From Chloroflexota bacterium (GTDB lineage: Bacteria; Chloroflexota; UBA11872; UBA12225; JAJDUF01): a stretch of DNA of 64,000 nt. Positions 1 to 12,476 of the stretch are shown here, in pieces. The stretch covers positions 821,395 through 885,394 of the forward strand of contig OZ243944.1 of assembly GCA_965214295.1 (NCBI GenBank), given 5' to 3'. The position numbers and the translations under genes are program-made. The notes beneath the pieces are model-generated. The model made no database searches. It had not been told where the DNA came from and saw nothing but the letters and a program-made list of their open reading frames with translations. Within the stretch, counting starts at the first letter, position 1. Every line of letters starts with the position of its first letter.

Positions 1-206
1 TGTATTGGCAGGAGCCGCTCCCGCCCAACCATCCCCTGCTCACCCGCGACAACGTGATCCTAGCCCCCCACATCGCCTGGGTGACTGACGTAGGCTCGGC
101 CAATCAGGTCCGGCTGCCGGTGGACAACGTACTGGCCTATATCGCGGGCCGGCCCCAGCATGTCGTCAACCCCCCGGCGCTCCAACACCCCCGCCAAAGG
201 CGGTGA
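1..206 (+). CDS. D-isomer-specific 2-hydroxyacid dehydrogenase family protein, C-terminal fragment (5' end outside window)
   Basis: Frame-3 translation ...RDNVILAPHIAWVTDVGSANQVRLPVDNVLAYIAGRPQHVVNP* matches the conserved C-terminus of D-2-hydroxyacid dehydrogenases (NxxxTPHxA motif); stop TGA at 204-206. Confidence 0.55.
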   Translation, partial: YWQEPLPPNHPLLTRDNVILAPHIAWVTDVGSANQVRLPVDNVLAYIAGRPQHVVNPPALQHPRQRR

Positions 207-374
207 CGTGACATAGCAATGGCTCCCACCTCCCGCCCTCCGTCATTGCGGCGCAAGCATGTCCCGCACCCCGATACGGGGCCGCAATTCATGTCCCCAC
301 GGCGCCCGCCCACCACCGCCACACACCCCCTCTCCACAAGTGGAGAGGGGGCCGGGGGGTGAGGCAGGCCAACA

Positions 375-1217
375 ATGCCGCCGCAGCCCGCACCCGCTCT
401 GATCGCCAGCCCCCGTAATCCGCGGATCATGCAGGTCCGCAAGCTGGCCACCCGCAAGGAGCGCAGCCGCAGCGGCCTGTTCTTCGCCGAGGGCATTCGG
501 CTCGTGGTCGAGGCGATCCGCAGTGACAGCGAGATCACGTCGCTGATCGTCGCCCCGGAGCTACTGACCAGCGACTTCGCTCACGACCTGATCGCCCGGC
601 AGGTGGGCCGCGACATCCCCAGGTTGGAGGTCACGACCGCAGTGATGCAGCGCCTCGCGGCACGCCAGCATCCGCAGGGACTCGCGGCCGTCGTGCGCCA
701 GCGCTGGCACCCCCTCGCCACCGTGCGGCCCGGCAACGAGCTGTGCTGGGTTGCCCTCGACGCTCCCCAGGACCCCGGCAACGTCGGCACCATCCTACGC
801 ACGCTCGACGCGGTTGGCGGCGCCGGACTGATCCTCCTCGGCGACGCCACCGACCCGTATCATCCCGCGGCCGTGCGCGCCAGCATGGGCGCCATCTGCA
901 CTCAACGCTTGGTACGCACGACGTTTGCCGAGCTATGCACCTGGAAACAGACGCATGGGTACCGGCTCGCCGGCACCGCAGTCACCGCCACGCGCGACTA
1001 TGACGCCGTTTCCTACGACGCCCCGCTCGTCCTGCTCATGGGCAGCGAGCGGGAAGGGCTATCGGCCAATCAGGCGGCAGCATGCGACGACCTCCTACGC
1101 CTCCCCATGGTCGGTCGCGTCGACTCACTCAACCTCGCGGTGGCGACGAGCGTCATGCTCTACGAGATATTCCGGCAGCGCCTCTTCATAGTCTCCAACT
1201 TCCACCTCCGAGCTTAG
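375..1217 (+). CDS. TrmH/SpoU family RNA 2'-O-methyltransferase
   Basis: 280-aa ORF with SpoU methylase motifs (DAPQDPGNVGTILRTLDAVG, LLMGSEREGLS, SLNLAVATSVMLYE); TAG stop. Confidence 0.85.
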   Translation: MPPQPAPALIASPRNPRIMQVRKLATRKERSRSGLFFAEGIRLVVEAIRSDSEITSLIVAPELLTSDFAHDLIARQVGRDIPRLEVTTAVMQRLAARQHPQGLAAVVRQRWHPLATVRPGNELCWVALDAPQDPGNVGTILRTLDAVGGAGLILLGDATDPYHPAAVRASMGAICTQRLVRTTFAELCTWKQTHGYRLAGTAVTATRDYDAVSYDAPLVLLMGSEREGLSANQAAACDDLLRLPMVGRVDSLNLAVATSVMLYEIFRQRLFIVSNFHLRA

Positions 1218-2108
1218 GTAGACTGGCAATGTGCCGGCAACCGGATAACTGCGGGTGATCCGGGGGTCCACGGCTGCATACAGTGTCGTGGTCCAGCCCC
1301 CACCGGAGACCCCGGTCATCGAGACCGACCGAAAGTCATGCTCTTGCTCGACGTAATTCAGCAGAATGGCAACCGGTTCGAGGAAGAGCTTGAGCGACGA
1401 AAACGTAGCGGTATCCAGATAGCGCAGATGGTCATGCGTGTGTAGTCGTAGCTTGCCGAAACGAGGGAGATCAACAACCGGCTGATTGTTCATACCGAGC
1501 AGCGGCATGGCAAAAGCAGCAACCGCATAGCCCTTCCCGAGGAAATAGGCAATCGTTTCTTTGCCCAAGAGAAATCCGCCACGATGCCCCTGATGATAGA
1601 TCATGAGCTTGTGATTATCGCGCACCGGATGGAGCAGATAAATAATAGAGTTGATACCATGATCCATCGCTACTGTGATCTGATCAATACTTTTGAGGTT
1701 GTCCAAGCTGCTAAAATCAGGGTCGAAGATATCCTTTGTAATCAATGTAGTGGATTGCTGCGGAAACCCCCGATCATGCCAGATGTAACGGACAAGCTCG
1801 TCTCTCCGTGCCAAGAGCTTGCTTTCGCTCGACAGGGTTATCAGGCGCGGCACGTCAGTACCGTATGGCGCGGAGCTACCGGCGGGTTCGGGGTTCCGCC
1901 GCTCCTGATCGAGGAGGACCTGCACGTGTGTAGCCTCGAAGTCCGGCGCAAAGAGCGCTGTCCGGATACTCGCCAAGAGCTCCTGCGGCAGGATGAGGTT
2001 GACTGCGATGAGGCACAGCGCCAGCAAGAGGTAGACCGGGGGCGCAAAAAGCCGCCGAATCTCCGCGCGATGGCGGAGTGCGGCAAACGAGCGGCGCAGC
2101 CGCAGCAT
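1125..2108 (-). CDS. membrane-anchored alpha/beta-hydrolase-like hypothetical protein
   Basis: ORF 1125..2207; internal ATG at 2108 (MLRLRR...) precedes a hydrophobic anchor (VYLLLALCLIAVNLIL); GVSGGGW resembles a GxSxG nucleophile elbow. Start uncertain. Confidence 0.45.
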   Translation of the reverse strand: MLRLRRSFAALRHRAEIRRLFAPPVYLLLALCLIAVNLILPQELLASIRTALFAPDFEATHVQVLLDQERRNPEPAGSSAPYGTDVPRLITLSSESKLLARRDELVRYIWHDRGFPQQSTTLITKDIFDPDFSSLDNLKSIDQITVAMDHGINSIIYLLHPVRDNHKLMIYHQGHRGGFLLGKETIAYFLGKGYAVAAFAMPLLGMNNQPVVDLPRFGKLRLHTHDHLRYLDTATFSSLKLFLEPVAILLNYVEQEHDFRSVSMTGVSGGGWTTTLYAAVDPRITRSYPVAGTLPVYLSSEVEVGDYEEALPEYLVEHDARRHREVE

Positions 2109-2905
2109 AGCCGGCGGTGCCCCCTGGACCGCGATGCGGCCCGACACCGCATCAGTACCCACCAGGATGTGGTACAGGGAAGCACCTGTGGGCCACGCCC
2201 TCGGCATCTAGGTTGTTCGACGCCTCCACGACCGGTAGGAGAGCGCTGGGGACGCCGCTCCGAACGGGAATACTCCCGACGGGGAGGACTCTACTACACG
2301 CGCGGACAACGCGCTACTCCCGCTCGATGGTGCTGGTCAGCTTGAAGCTCCGCAAGCGATCCCGATACAGTTCGGCCAGTTCCAGCAGGCACACGATGAC
2401 GGTAGCCACACCCTCCTCGTGTGCCTCAAGCATGATGGCCTCCGCCTCTTCCCTACTCAACGACGGCACCGCCTTCTGGAGCGCGCGGACCACTTAGCCC
2501 ATCTCGTTGAACTCGTCATTGTGGAGCAGCACGCGGTAGCGCGGAATGAGACGCGACCGGCGCTCCATGTCCGGGGCAAGCTCCGGGGGCGCTACCTCCG
2601 GCATGACCATACCACTCTCCCCTCTAAGACCGTTGCAAAAGTCGTCATTCCCGCTTTCGCGGGAACCCAAAAATCGGCCCCCCAGGTTGGCGGAGAGCCG
2701 ACGTTGTATGGAGTCACCGGCACCATAGCACTCCGTCCGGGGAGTTACACAAAGGTTTCCTCGAGCACGGCTGTCCACTGCCGCAGGCCCGACCGCCGTG
2801 CCCAGCCACCTGCTAGTAGAACGTTGGGCAGCGCCCCCCCGTTGCTGACACGGCGGAGCCACACTACCCCCCAGCAGCACTGCGGCGCGCACCGCTGCCT
2901 ATCAC

Positions 2906-3607
<702 letters not shown>

Positions 3608-3640
3608 CGCACGATCTCGCCAGCAGAGCTTCCGGCCATG

Positions 3641-5803
3641 CTAGGCTTCACCCAGTCCCGAACGACCGCCGGAGCTTTGGCCGGCGACCGCCTCTCGCTC
3701 GCGCAGCGCCGGCCCAACTCCGTCATTCCCACGTGCGCGGGAATCCAGCGCCAGGTCCACACCATCCGTTGCCATTTGATCGTGCCGCCCTGGCGTCGTC
3801 CGGCTGGCGACGGGGATGGTGAACCACACGGTCGTTCCAACCCCCTCGTCGCTCGTTAAGCCGATGCGACCACCATGGGCCTCGACGATAGCCTTGGCGA
3901 TAGACAGCCCTAGTCCCGTGCCCGGCGACCCCTGCGGCGTCGTGGCGGAGCGGAAGTAACGCTCGAAGACCGTCGCCTGGTCGGGCAGCGGGATACCGGC
4001 GCCGTGGTCGGTGACGGCAATCCGCACCTGCCCCGGCGTCGTCAGCTCGCCCTGCCAGCTGGCCTCGACCACAATGTCGTCCCCGGCCGGCGCATACTTG
4101 CTGGCATTGGTGAGCAGGTTCGTCAGCACCTGGATGAGGCGGTTACGGTCGGCCAACAGCGGCGGTAACGTGGCCGGGAGGTCGCGCACGTCGCTGGTCA
4201 AATCCCCCTCCGAGCGTCGCCGGTACCGGGAGCTTGTGACCAGCGAGACGCGCTGCCTCCGACCTTCGAGCAGCGGACGGACCGTTGCTACCGCCTGCCC
4301 GAACACCACGTCGAGGCGGGTCGGCGTGACATAAATATCGAAGCGTCCCGCCCGGATGCTGCCGGCGTCCAGCACGTTGTCCACCAACGTCCTCAATCGC
4401 ACCGAGCTACGCGAGATGCGCTCGACCGCTGACCGCAGCTCGGCTGGCGTCATCAGCTCGTAGTCGCCCGCCAGGATTTCGACGGTGGCCAGCAACGCCG
4501 TCAGCGGTGTCCGCACCTCGTGCGCCACGCTGAAGAGGTATTCGTCCTTGAGCTTGTTCAGTTCGGTCAGGTTTTCATAGGTTTGCTGCAAGCTGCGGCG
4601 CATCTCTTCCATCCGCCCCGCGAGGAGCGCCACTTCGTCGTCACCGGTGATGGCAATTGGCGTCTGCAGATCCCCCTGGCTGATCTGCTCGGCAGCCTTG
4701 GTCAGACGGCGCAGCGGCCGGGTCAGCCGCATCGCTACCACATAGCCGACCGCAATCGCCACCAAGGCAATGGAGCCGATCACCGGCAAAAAGACGCGCA
4801 GCAACGACGCTCGATCATCCGCCAGCGTGTGTGCCGGCACACCGACCGCGTACATGCCGATGCGCTTGCCCGACCGCGTGAGCAGCGGTTCGTACCGCGT
4901 GAGCATATTCGCTTCGAATACCCGGATCAGGCGCTCACGCGATTTGCCCTCACCCAAGACCCCATCGCGCACCCGCACGTCGGCCGACTGCCCCAGCGCC
5001 GGCTTGAGCAGCGGAAAGGTGGTGGCAGCGAGGCGGTCCAAGCAATAGATGCTCAAGTCCAAGCCAATGTCGTCTTTGATTTGCTCGGCGAAGGCTTGAT
5101 CGAGCGGATACGCCACGTACACCGTCCCGAGGAGGTCTTGTTCTACGCCCAAGCCTGTACCGGACTGCGATCCGGTAATGGGCATGGCTACCGACATGGC
5201 CAGCGCACAGGTGGTGTAGTCTGGTGCAGGGTTCTCCGGCCCGCCGGTCTGATAGACAATTGCCGGCGGCGGCCGCTCGCCCTGGAGCGCATGGGAGACA
5301 CCGGGCAGGTGCAACAGACTTGTAGTTGGCAGACTTGCTCCGGCCGGTGCCGAGCGGGCGACGACGCGCCCGTTGGGATCGGTCACCGCAAGGCTATAGT
5401 GCGGGTGGAGATCGCGAATCGGCTCCAGGAGCAAGGTGATCGCCGCCCGCTTCTGATCAATCGGAACCCCGTCCTCGGCAGGCGGGTCGGTGTCCAGCTC
5501 GTGCTGCTGGACGGAGAAGGCGACTTCCTCCGCGATCTGCTCACCCACGCTACGCGCGGCTTCGATCCGCTGCTCATACAGGAACGCAAACGTCTTCGCG
5601 GCGTCACGAAGCCGGTCACTGGCCGTCTGCACTAGCTTCTGGTCGGCAATAAACCAACTGGCGGCCCCGGTGCCGCCCACGGCCAGCAGCACCAAAAGCA
5701 CCGCGCTCGCCACCAAACGCACACGGAGGCCCATCCGGCCCGTGCCACTGTCTTCCGCTGCGTCGCTACCGGCAAATGCCGTCGTGGACATGGTCCCCCG
5801 CAC
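3641..5803 (-). CDS. sensor histidine kinase (HAMP-HisKA-HATPase)
   Basis: H-box SVAHEVRTPLTAL, N/G boxes (DHGAGIP, GTGLGLSIAKAIVEAHGG), N-terminal TM segments. It ends 34 bp before the response regulator start. Its C-terminal tail of about 55 aa reads through a REP-like element. Confidence 0.88.
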   Translation of the reverse strand: MRGTMSTTAFAGSDAAEDSGTGRMGLRVRLVASAVLLVLLAVGGTGAASWFIADQKLVQTASDRLRDAAKTFAFLYEQRIEAARSVGEQIAEEVAFSVQQHELDTDPPAEDGVPIDQKRAAITLLLEPIRDLHPHYSLAVTDPNGRVVARSAPAGASLPTTSLLHLPGVSHALQGERPPPAIVYQTGGPENPAPDYTTCALAMSVAMPITGSQSGTGLGVEQDLLGTVYVAYPLDQAFAEQIKDDIGLDLSIYCLDRLAATTFPLLKPALGQSADVRVRDGVLGEGKSRERLIRVFEANMLTRYEPLLTRSGKRIGMYAVGVPAHTLADDRASLLRVFLPVIGSIALVAIAVGYVVAMRLTRPLRRLTKAAEQISQGDLQTPIAITGDDEVALLAGRMEEMRRSLQQTYENLTELNKLKDEYLFSVAHEVRTPLTALLATVEILAGDYELMTPAELRSAVERISRSSVRLRTLVDNVLDAGSIRAGRFDIYVTPTRLDVVFGQAVATVRPLLEGRRQRVSLVTSSRYRRRSEGDLTSDVRDLPATLPPLLADRNRLIQVLTNLLTNASKYAPAGDDIVVEASWQGELTTPGQVRIAVTDHGAGIPLPDQATVFERYFRSATTPQGSPGTGLGLSIAKAIVEAHGGRIGLTSDEGVGTTVWFTIPVASRTTPGRHDQMATDGVDLALDSRARGNDGVGPALREREAVAGQSSGGRSGLGEA

Positions 5804-5974
5804 CAGTCACCCCTAGCAGGGCGTAGGACACTCCTCCGATACTCCGCGTATCGCTGTTGCCTTAGTATACGCTGCGTGCCCCCAAGCCACCGCAGAAACG
5901 AGGGATACCGCCGTCCCCGCCTCCCGGAACGCCGGCGCTGCAGCCCCAGCCTTCTCCCCCCTACCAAGAGAACG

Positions 5975-6140
5975 TGGCTTCAATCTGGAGCTACGCCTTG
6001 CCGTCAGGGCCTTGCCACTGTCACCCTGAGCGGAGCGAAGGGTCTCTCCCTCGTGGCCAAGATTCTGCGCTCCGCTCAGAATGACATTGGACAGGCCGCT
6101 CGGAATGACCGGGTTGGCGGCGACTTTGGAAAGGCCCTCC
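5975..6140. repeat. composite REP-like repeat block (gtcaccctgagcggagcgaag.../gtcattccgagcggcctgtcc... units), inverted copy of block at 7765-7975
   Basis: Palindromic units ctgagcggagcgaag / cttcgctccgctcag; terminal ggttggcggcgactttggaaaggccct is the exact reverse complement of 7773-7799. Confidence 0.8.
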
Positions 6141-6150
6141 CTTGCCGTAG

Positions 6151-7707
<1,557 letters not shown>

Positions 7708-7764
7708 TCACAGTGTAATTAGCCTAGTGTAGCGGCGGCTGCGACCCGGCCGCAACCACTACCA

Positions 7765-7975
7765 CGTGCAGCGCAGGGCCTTTCCAAAGTCGCCGCCAAC
7801 CCTGCCATTCCGAGCAGCCTTCCCAACGTCATTCCGAGCAGCCTGTCCCCTGTCATTCCGAGCGGCCTGTCCCCTGTCATTCTGAGCGGAGCGAAGAATC
7901 TCGGCCTCGCGAGTGCGACCCGTCGCTCCGCTCAGAGCCGACACTGAGCCTGTCGAAGTGGTGACATATGGCAAG
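7765..7975. repeat. composite REP-like repeat block, tandem gtcattccgagc(a/g)gcctgtccc units plus gtcattctgagcggagcgaag palindrome
   Basis: Three tandem units of about 22 bp followed by a palindrome ctgagcggagcgaag...cgtcgctccgctcagag; inverted relative to 5975-6140. Confidence 0.8.
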
Positions 7976-8155
7976 GCCCTGCGCGCAGCGACAGCCTCCC
8001 CGCTATCAGGAGGCTGTCGCCACCTTGCCGTTTCGGGCCACCGGCAAGAAGGCGCGTGGCCGGTAGCGCCGGAAAATCACCTCCAGCCCCGGGTAGATGG
8101 CCAGCACCGTCAGCCACCGTTGCCTCGGAGTTTTCCTGCAACCCGGTTGAGCTAC

Positions 8156-9049
8156 TCATACCGGCACCCGAGCGATGAAGTACAGCACGCGAGCGATGAT
8201 CGCGCCGCTCACCACCGCTCCCGTCGCGATATAGAGCAGGCCCGTAGCCGCCATCATCGAGCGCGTGCGAGCCGTCCGCCAGATCATCCAGCTCAGGACC
8301 AACGGAAACGCCACGCCGATACCAACCCGTAACCCGAACCACCAGCGATAGTGCTCCAGGAGTGCCGCCGGGCCGATCTCCGCCGGCGCCACCACCAGGG
8401 CCACCCCGACCATACTCAGTGCCAAGAGCGCCTGCACACCCAGCGCGCCCGCGAGGCCGGCATTGATGAGCAGCAACGGCCGCGGCGAGAGCTGCGGCGT
8501 CACCAGATACCAGTGACCCAGCATCCAGCCGCTCCACACACTCCCCAGCACCAGCGTGCTCGCCGCCGTAGCGAGCAGCGCCAATAGCAAGAGCACACCT
8601 GGCGTCGTCACGGGCGGCAGATACGCGGCCACGCCGGCGGCCAAGGCCACCAGCCCCACGCCACCGGCCACCAGCCCGACCCGCGTGGCCAGCCGCGGTC
8701 GCTCTGACGACGCCAGCCGCGCACCACCCCTCCCATCATCGTGCGCGGCTGGCGCGTCATCGGCACGCACCAGCAACAAGTGAACGACCAGCAGCGCCGC
8801 GAACAGCACCCACAGCACCGGCTCATACGCCACCCACGGCGCGCGCGCCTCATAAGGCAGCAGGGACGGCAGCGGCAGGGCCAACCGCAGCCACAGGCCC
8901 AGCACCATGAACAGCAGCAGCACCGCCCCGTTGAAGAGGAGGTACCCACGGGCCAGCGGCGTGCGGAGGTGTACCGCCAGACTGGTCAACAGCCCACCGG
9001 TACTCAGCATCACGAGCACATGGAAAAAGCTAAGTGGCACTGCCTGCAC
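8156..9049 (-). CDS. hypothetical polytopic membrane protein
   Basis: 297-aa ORF; about 8 hydrophobic helices; no recognisable catalytic motif. Confidence 0.5.
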   Translation of the reverse strand: MQAVPLSFFHVLVMLSTGGLLTSLAVHLRTPLARGYLLFNGAVLLLFMVLGLWLRLALPLPSLLPYEARAPWVAYEPVLWVLFAALLVVHLLLVRADDAPAAHDDGRGGARLASSERPRLATRVGLVAGGVGLVALAAGVAAYLPPVTTPGVLLLLALLATAASTLVLGSVWSGWMLGHWYLVTPQLSPRPLLLINAGLAGALGVQALLALSMVGVALVVAPAEIGPAALLEHYRWWFGLRVGIGVAFPLVLSWMIWRTARTRSMMAATGLLYIATGAVVSGAIIARVLYFIARVPV

Positions 9050-9184
9050 CGCTTATTCCTCCCTGGTGAACGGGAGTGCCAGCAGCATTATACGCCGCGC
9101 CGCCCTCGCCGCCGCGCCTCGGAACCCCTGTCTCCCTGCGGAGCCGGGGAACCATCGTGGGGGCCGGTACTTTGCAGCCATACC

Positions 9185-9991
9185 CTAACCCGGCCACACA
9201 AACACCGGATCACCCCGGCGGATACCTAGAACGCCAGCCGCGCTCCCCTCGCGCACGGCCAGCTCGAGGAAACCGGCGCTACCCCAGATCACCAACGGCT
9301 CACCGACCGCAGCTCCGGCATAACTCTCGACCGGACCGAGCAAGGTGTGGGTCCGTATGTCCACCCTCAGCCCGTCCCCTGGCCTAGAGAGATGCTCCGG
9401 GCGGATGTTGGCGACGGCGTTCCCGAAGTGGTCGATGTGCAGGATTTCGCCCCGCAGGCGGTCCCCGTCCCGCGTCGGCCGCGGCAAAGGTATCCCCGCC
9501 AGCGCGCCGAGGGGGCTACCGAGCCGATCCAGTGCCACGCCGGCCGCGAGGTGGGCCGCGACCGGCGCCATGATGTCGCGCCCGTGAAAAGTGTGGCTGA
9601 CCTCACTCGCTGGCACCAGCCAGTACTGCGGCTCCGTAAGCTCCACGGCTCGCCAGCTATCCGCAGCCAGCCACTCCACGATCCAGCGGAGCAGACCGTT
9701 ATCCGGCCCGACGAAGGAGTGGCCGCCGGCCTCCACCGCAATCAGCGGTCGGTCGGTCCCCACACCGGGGTCCACGACCGCGAGGTGGATGCTGCCGGCC
9801 GGGAAATACGGACAGGCCACGACCAGGTGGAATGCGCCGGCCCGGACATCCTGCGGCGGCACTGCGTGGGTCAGATCCACGACCGCAGCCTCGGGACAGA
9901 TGCTTCCGATCACCCCCCTCAGCACGCCCACGTAGGTATCCCGGCTGCCAAAGTCGGTCAGCAGGGTGATGAGCGGCCGACGAGACGGCAT
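9185..9991 (-). CDS. SAM hydroxide adenosyltransferase family protein (DUF62)
   Basis: N-terminal LITLLTDFGSRDTYVGVLRGVI and the overall about 270-aa architecture typical of the DUF62/fluorinase-chlorinase-related family. Confidence 0.8.
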   Translation of the reverse strand: MPSRRPLITLLTDFGSRDTYVGVLRGVIGSICPEAAVVDLTHAVPPQDVRAGAFHLVVACPYFPAGSIHLAVVDPGVGTDRPLIAVEAGGHSFVGPDNGLLRWIVEWLAADSWRAVELTEPQYWLVPASEVSHTFHGRDIMAPVAAHLAAGVALDRLGSPLGALAGIPLPRPTRDGDRLRGEILHIDHFGNAVANIRPEHLSRPGDGLRVDIRTHTLLGPVESYAGAAVGEPLVIWGSAGFLELAVREGSAAGVLGIRRGDPVFVWPG

Positions 9992-10230
9992 AGTATATCC
10001 GCAGCCCAATGACTATCCGGTGCAGTGGATTGTATGATAGCGAGTACGCCAGGAGCACAGACGATGCTGCCGCGCTGCGCCCCGTCGGACGCTGATCGGT
10101 GTAGCACTGGCCCCCCTCTCGCCGGGGCCGAGAGCGCCTCCCGCGTGCCACTGCCCACTGAACAGGGTGTGGGAGCTACCCCACCTCACGCACCCTCCTG
10201 CCGATTTCCTCACCGTGCTATACTCATCCC

Positions 10231-10524
10231 ATGCCAAAGGCCAGCGCAGCAGAGTCCACCTCCATGACTATTCCCTACGATGAGTTTGCTCGCAATCTCG
10301 CGGGCATCCTAGAGCAGCTCACCCCCGGCGGCGAGCCGGTCATCGTCGAGCGCAACGGCACATGCTATCAGGTTGTAGTCGCACCTCCCGCTCACCGTGA
10401 AGACCGGCGGCTCACCAGGGACGACCCGCTCTGGGAGCTTGTCGGCTCCGCGACGGATGCGCCGCCAACGGACGCCGCCAAGAAGCACGAGTACCTGGCG
10501 GATGCGTATACTCCTCAGCCGTGA
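10231..10524 (+). CDS. type II antitoxin, Phd/YefM-like
   Basis: 97 aa; MTIPYDEFARNLAGILEQL...PVIVERNGTCYQVVVAPP resembles Phd/YefM antitoxins. It overlaps the start of the downstream PIN toxin by 4 nt. Confidence 0.6.
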   Translation: MPKASAAESTSMTIPYDEFARNLAGILEQLTPGGEPVIVERNGTCYQVVVAPPAHREDRRLTRDDPLWELVGSATDAPPTDAAKKHEYLADAYTPQP

Positions 10525-10971
10525 GCATCCGAGCGGTCGGCTCCCAGTGGGTATTTCTGGATAGCTCTGGATTCTTGGCCCTAATCCACCCCCGCGATGC
10601 CCATTACCAGGAAGCACGTACCTGCTGAACGTGGCTCTCCGACCACTATTGGCTGCCCGTCACCACCAACTTCATTGTTGCCGAAACACACGCGCTCTTA
10701 CTGTCTCGCCTCGGCCACACCCATGCGACCGCCTTCTTGCGTCGGCTTCCCCAGAGCGCCACGCAGATCGAGCGAGTCACGGTCGCTGACGAGCAGCGCG
10801 CTTTGGCGATCATCTTCCAGTACGCAGATATACGCAGATAAGGGCTTCTCCCTCACAGATGCCACCAGCTTTGCGGTGATGGAACGCCTGGGGATTACCC
10901 ACGCCTTGGCGTTTGACCGCCATTTCACCCAGTACGGGTTGACCGTGCTTACATCCGCAGCACTACCATAG
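10521..10971 (+). pseudogene. vapC: vapC-like PIN-domain toxin, disrupted (in-frame TGA plus 10-bp tandem duplication frameshift)
   Basis: GTG 10521: VFLDSSGFLALIHPRDAHYQEARTC-TGA(10626)-TWLSDHYWLPVTTNFIVAETHALLLSRLGH...ADEQRALAIIFQYAD, then the duplication gcagatatacgcagata shifts the frame before DKGFSLTDATSFAVMERLGITHALAFDRHFTQYG (PIN C-terminus). Confidence 0.6.
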
Positions 10972-11008
10972 TCTCCGCCGGGCTGTGCCGCCCCGGCACT
11001 CGGCGGCG

Positions 11009-12304
11009 CTAACCCACGTAGCTGATCCGGTAGATCGCGTTGGTGCGGTCATCGGTGACGTACAGACTGCCGTCGCTCCCAACCACCGGCTCGACGGGGC
11101 GCCCCCAAGCGTCGGCCGGACCGCGCGGTCCGGTGAGCCAGCCACGCGCGAAGTCGAGCGGTGGCTGCGGCTGACCGTTGATAAACCTGATGCGGACCAC
11201 CTTGTACCCGGTGGCCTCGCTCCGGTTCCACGAGCCGTGGTAGCCGACGAATAGATCGCCCCGGTAGGCCGCGGGAAATTGCTCCCCGTCGTAGAAGGCC
11301 AGCCCCAGCGGCGCCGAATGCGCCTGCACCGGCACCGTCGGCACCGTCAGATCGGCGCAGGACGGGTTCCGCGCCGGCACGCGGTCATCCACCACCCAAG
11401 CACCGTCCCCGCGCTGATAGCAGAAAGGCCAGCCATAGTGCGCGCCCTCCTGCACCCTCGTCACCATGTCCGGCGGGATGTCATCGCCGAGCAGGTCCCG
11501 CTCGTTCACCACCGTCCACAGCTCGCCGGTCGCCGGGTTGATCGTCAGACCAACCGGATTACGCAGCCCGGTGGCATACTGCCGCCCGTCCGTCCCGTCC
11601 CGCCGGTACTGCATCACCCCGCCGCGCCGCCCGTCCCGCTCGATACACACGTTACACGTAGAGCCTAAGGACACGTAGAGCAGCCCGGCGCCGTCAATGG
11701 CCAGCCCGCGATAATGATGCGCGTGGCACCCCGATTCGGGCAGCCCGTCCACAATCACCTCCGGCGACCGCACCGCCAGCTCGCCGGGCACGTAGGCGTA
11801 GCGCACGACCTGCCGCGAGAGCGCCACGTACAGCGCACTCTCGTGAAAGACCATGCCGTAGGGACAATCGAGGCCGGTAGCTACCGTCTCTACGCTGTCC
11901 ACCACCCCGTCGCCGTTGCGGTCGGGCAATCCGACGATCCTGCCCCGCCCCGGCAGCGTGGCGTACAGGTCCCCGTTGGGCGCCACGGCCATCGTCCGCA
12001 CCCCGGGCAGGTCGGCCGCGAAGACGCTGATCCGAAAGCCGGAGACCAGCTGGAGTTCGCGCGGCCGGGCAAACGGCCCCTGCTGGAACTGTGTCGGCAC
12101 TTGGAGCGGCGTAGCGACCAGTGTCCGCGTATCAACCGCCAGCGCCGGTGCCTCCGGCGCGGCAGTAGGTGCAGCCGCTACCTCAGCGACCGGCTGCGTG
12201 GACACCGCGGCCGGCGCCGCCATCTCCCCACACGCGACGACAGCGACTCCGGCTACCAGCAGCACCACCGTAAGCGCCAGCGACCGCCAACCAACCAAGA
12301 CCAC
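11009..12304 (-). CDS. PQQ-dependent sugar (glucose/sorbosone) dehydrogenase family lipoprotein
   Basis: Signal peptide with a lipobox-like AVVAC, then beta-propeller GSDH motifs (GLAFYDG, LYVTDD, HYGWP). Confidence 0.8.
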   Translation of the reverse strand: MVLVGWRSLALTVVLLVAGVAVVACGEMAAPAAVSTQPVAEVAAAPTAAPEAPALAVDTRTLVATPLQVPTQFQQGPFARPRELQLVSGFRISVFAADLPGVRTMAVAPNGDLYATLPGRGRIVGLPDRNGDGVVDSVETVATGLDCPYGMVFHESALYVALSRQVVRYAYVPGELAVRSPEVIVDGLPESGCHAHHYRGLAIDGAGLLYVSLGSTCNVCIERDGRRGGVMQYRRDGTDGRQYATGLRNPVGLTINPATGELWTVVNERDLLGDDIPPDMVTRVQEGAHYGWPFCYQRGDGAWVVDDRVPARNPSCADLTVPTVPVQAHSAPLGLAFYDGEQFPAAYRGDLFVGYHGSWNRSEATGYKVVRIRFINGQPQPPLDFARGWLTGPRGPADAWGRPVEPVVGSDGSLYVTDDRTNAIYRISYVG

Positions 12305-12476
12305 ACCTCTGATCCGTCAGGTCCACACCATATTCCGGCCCCGACCGGAATCTACGTCCTCCTGCCATGCGGAGGGACCATAGGGGCCCAGCCATCATCC
12401 CGTCATTGCCGCGCCTCCGGCAATCCACCCCCTCTCTACATGGTGGAGAGGGGGCTGGGGGGTAAGGCCCGCTCAC

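Noticed and set aside
10626-10628. TGA codons decoded as a sense codon (alternative genetic code such as code 4 or code 25).
   Set aside because: Many well-supported genes here terminate with TGA exactly where homologs end (plsX, the ACAD, MaoC, the thiolase, the SDR, TatD). The standard bacterial code therefore applies, and in-frame TGAs are treated as lesions or rare recoding candidates.
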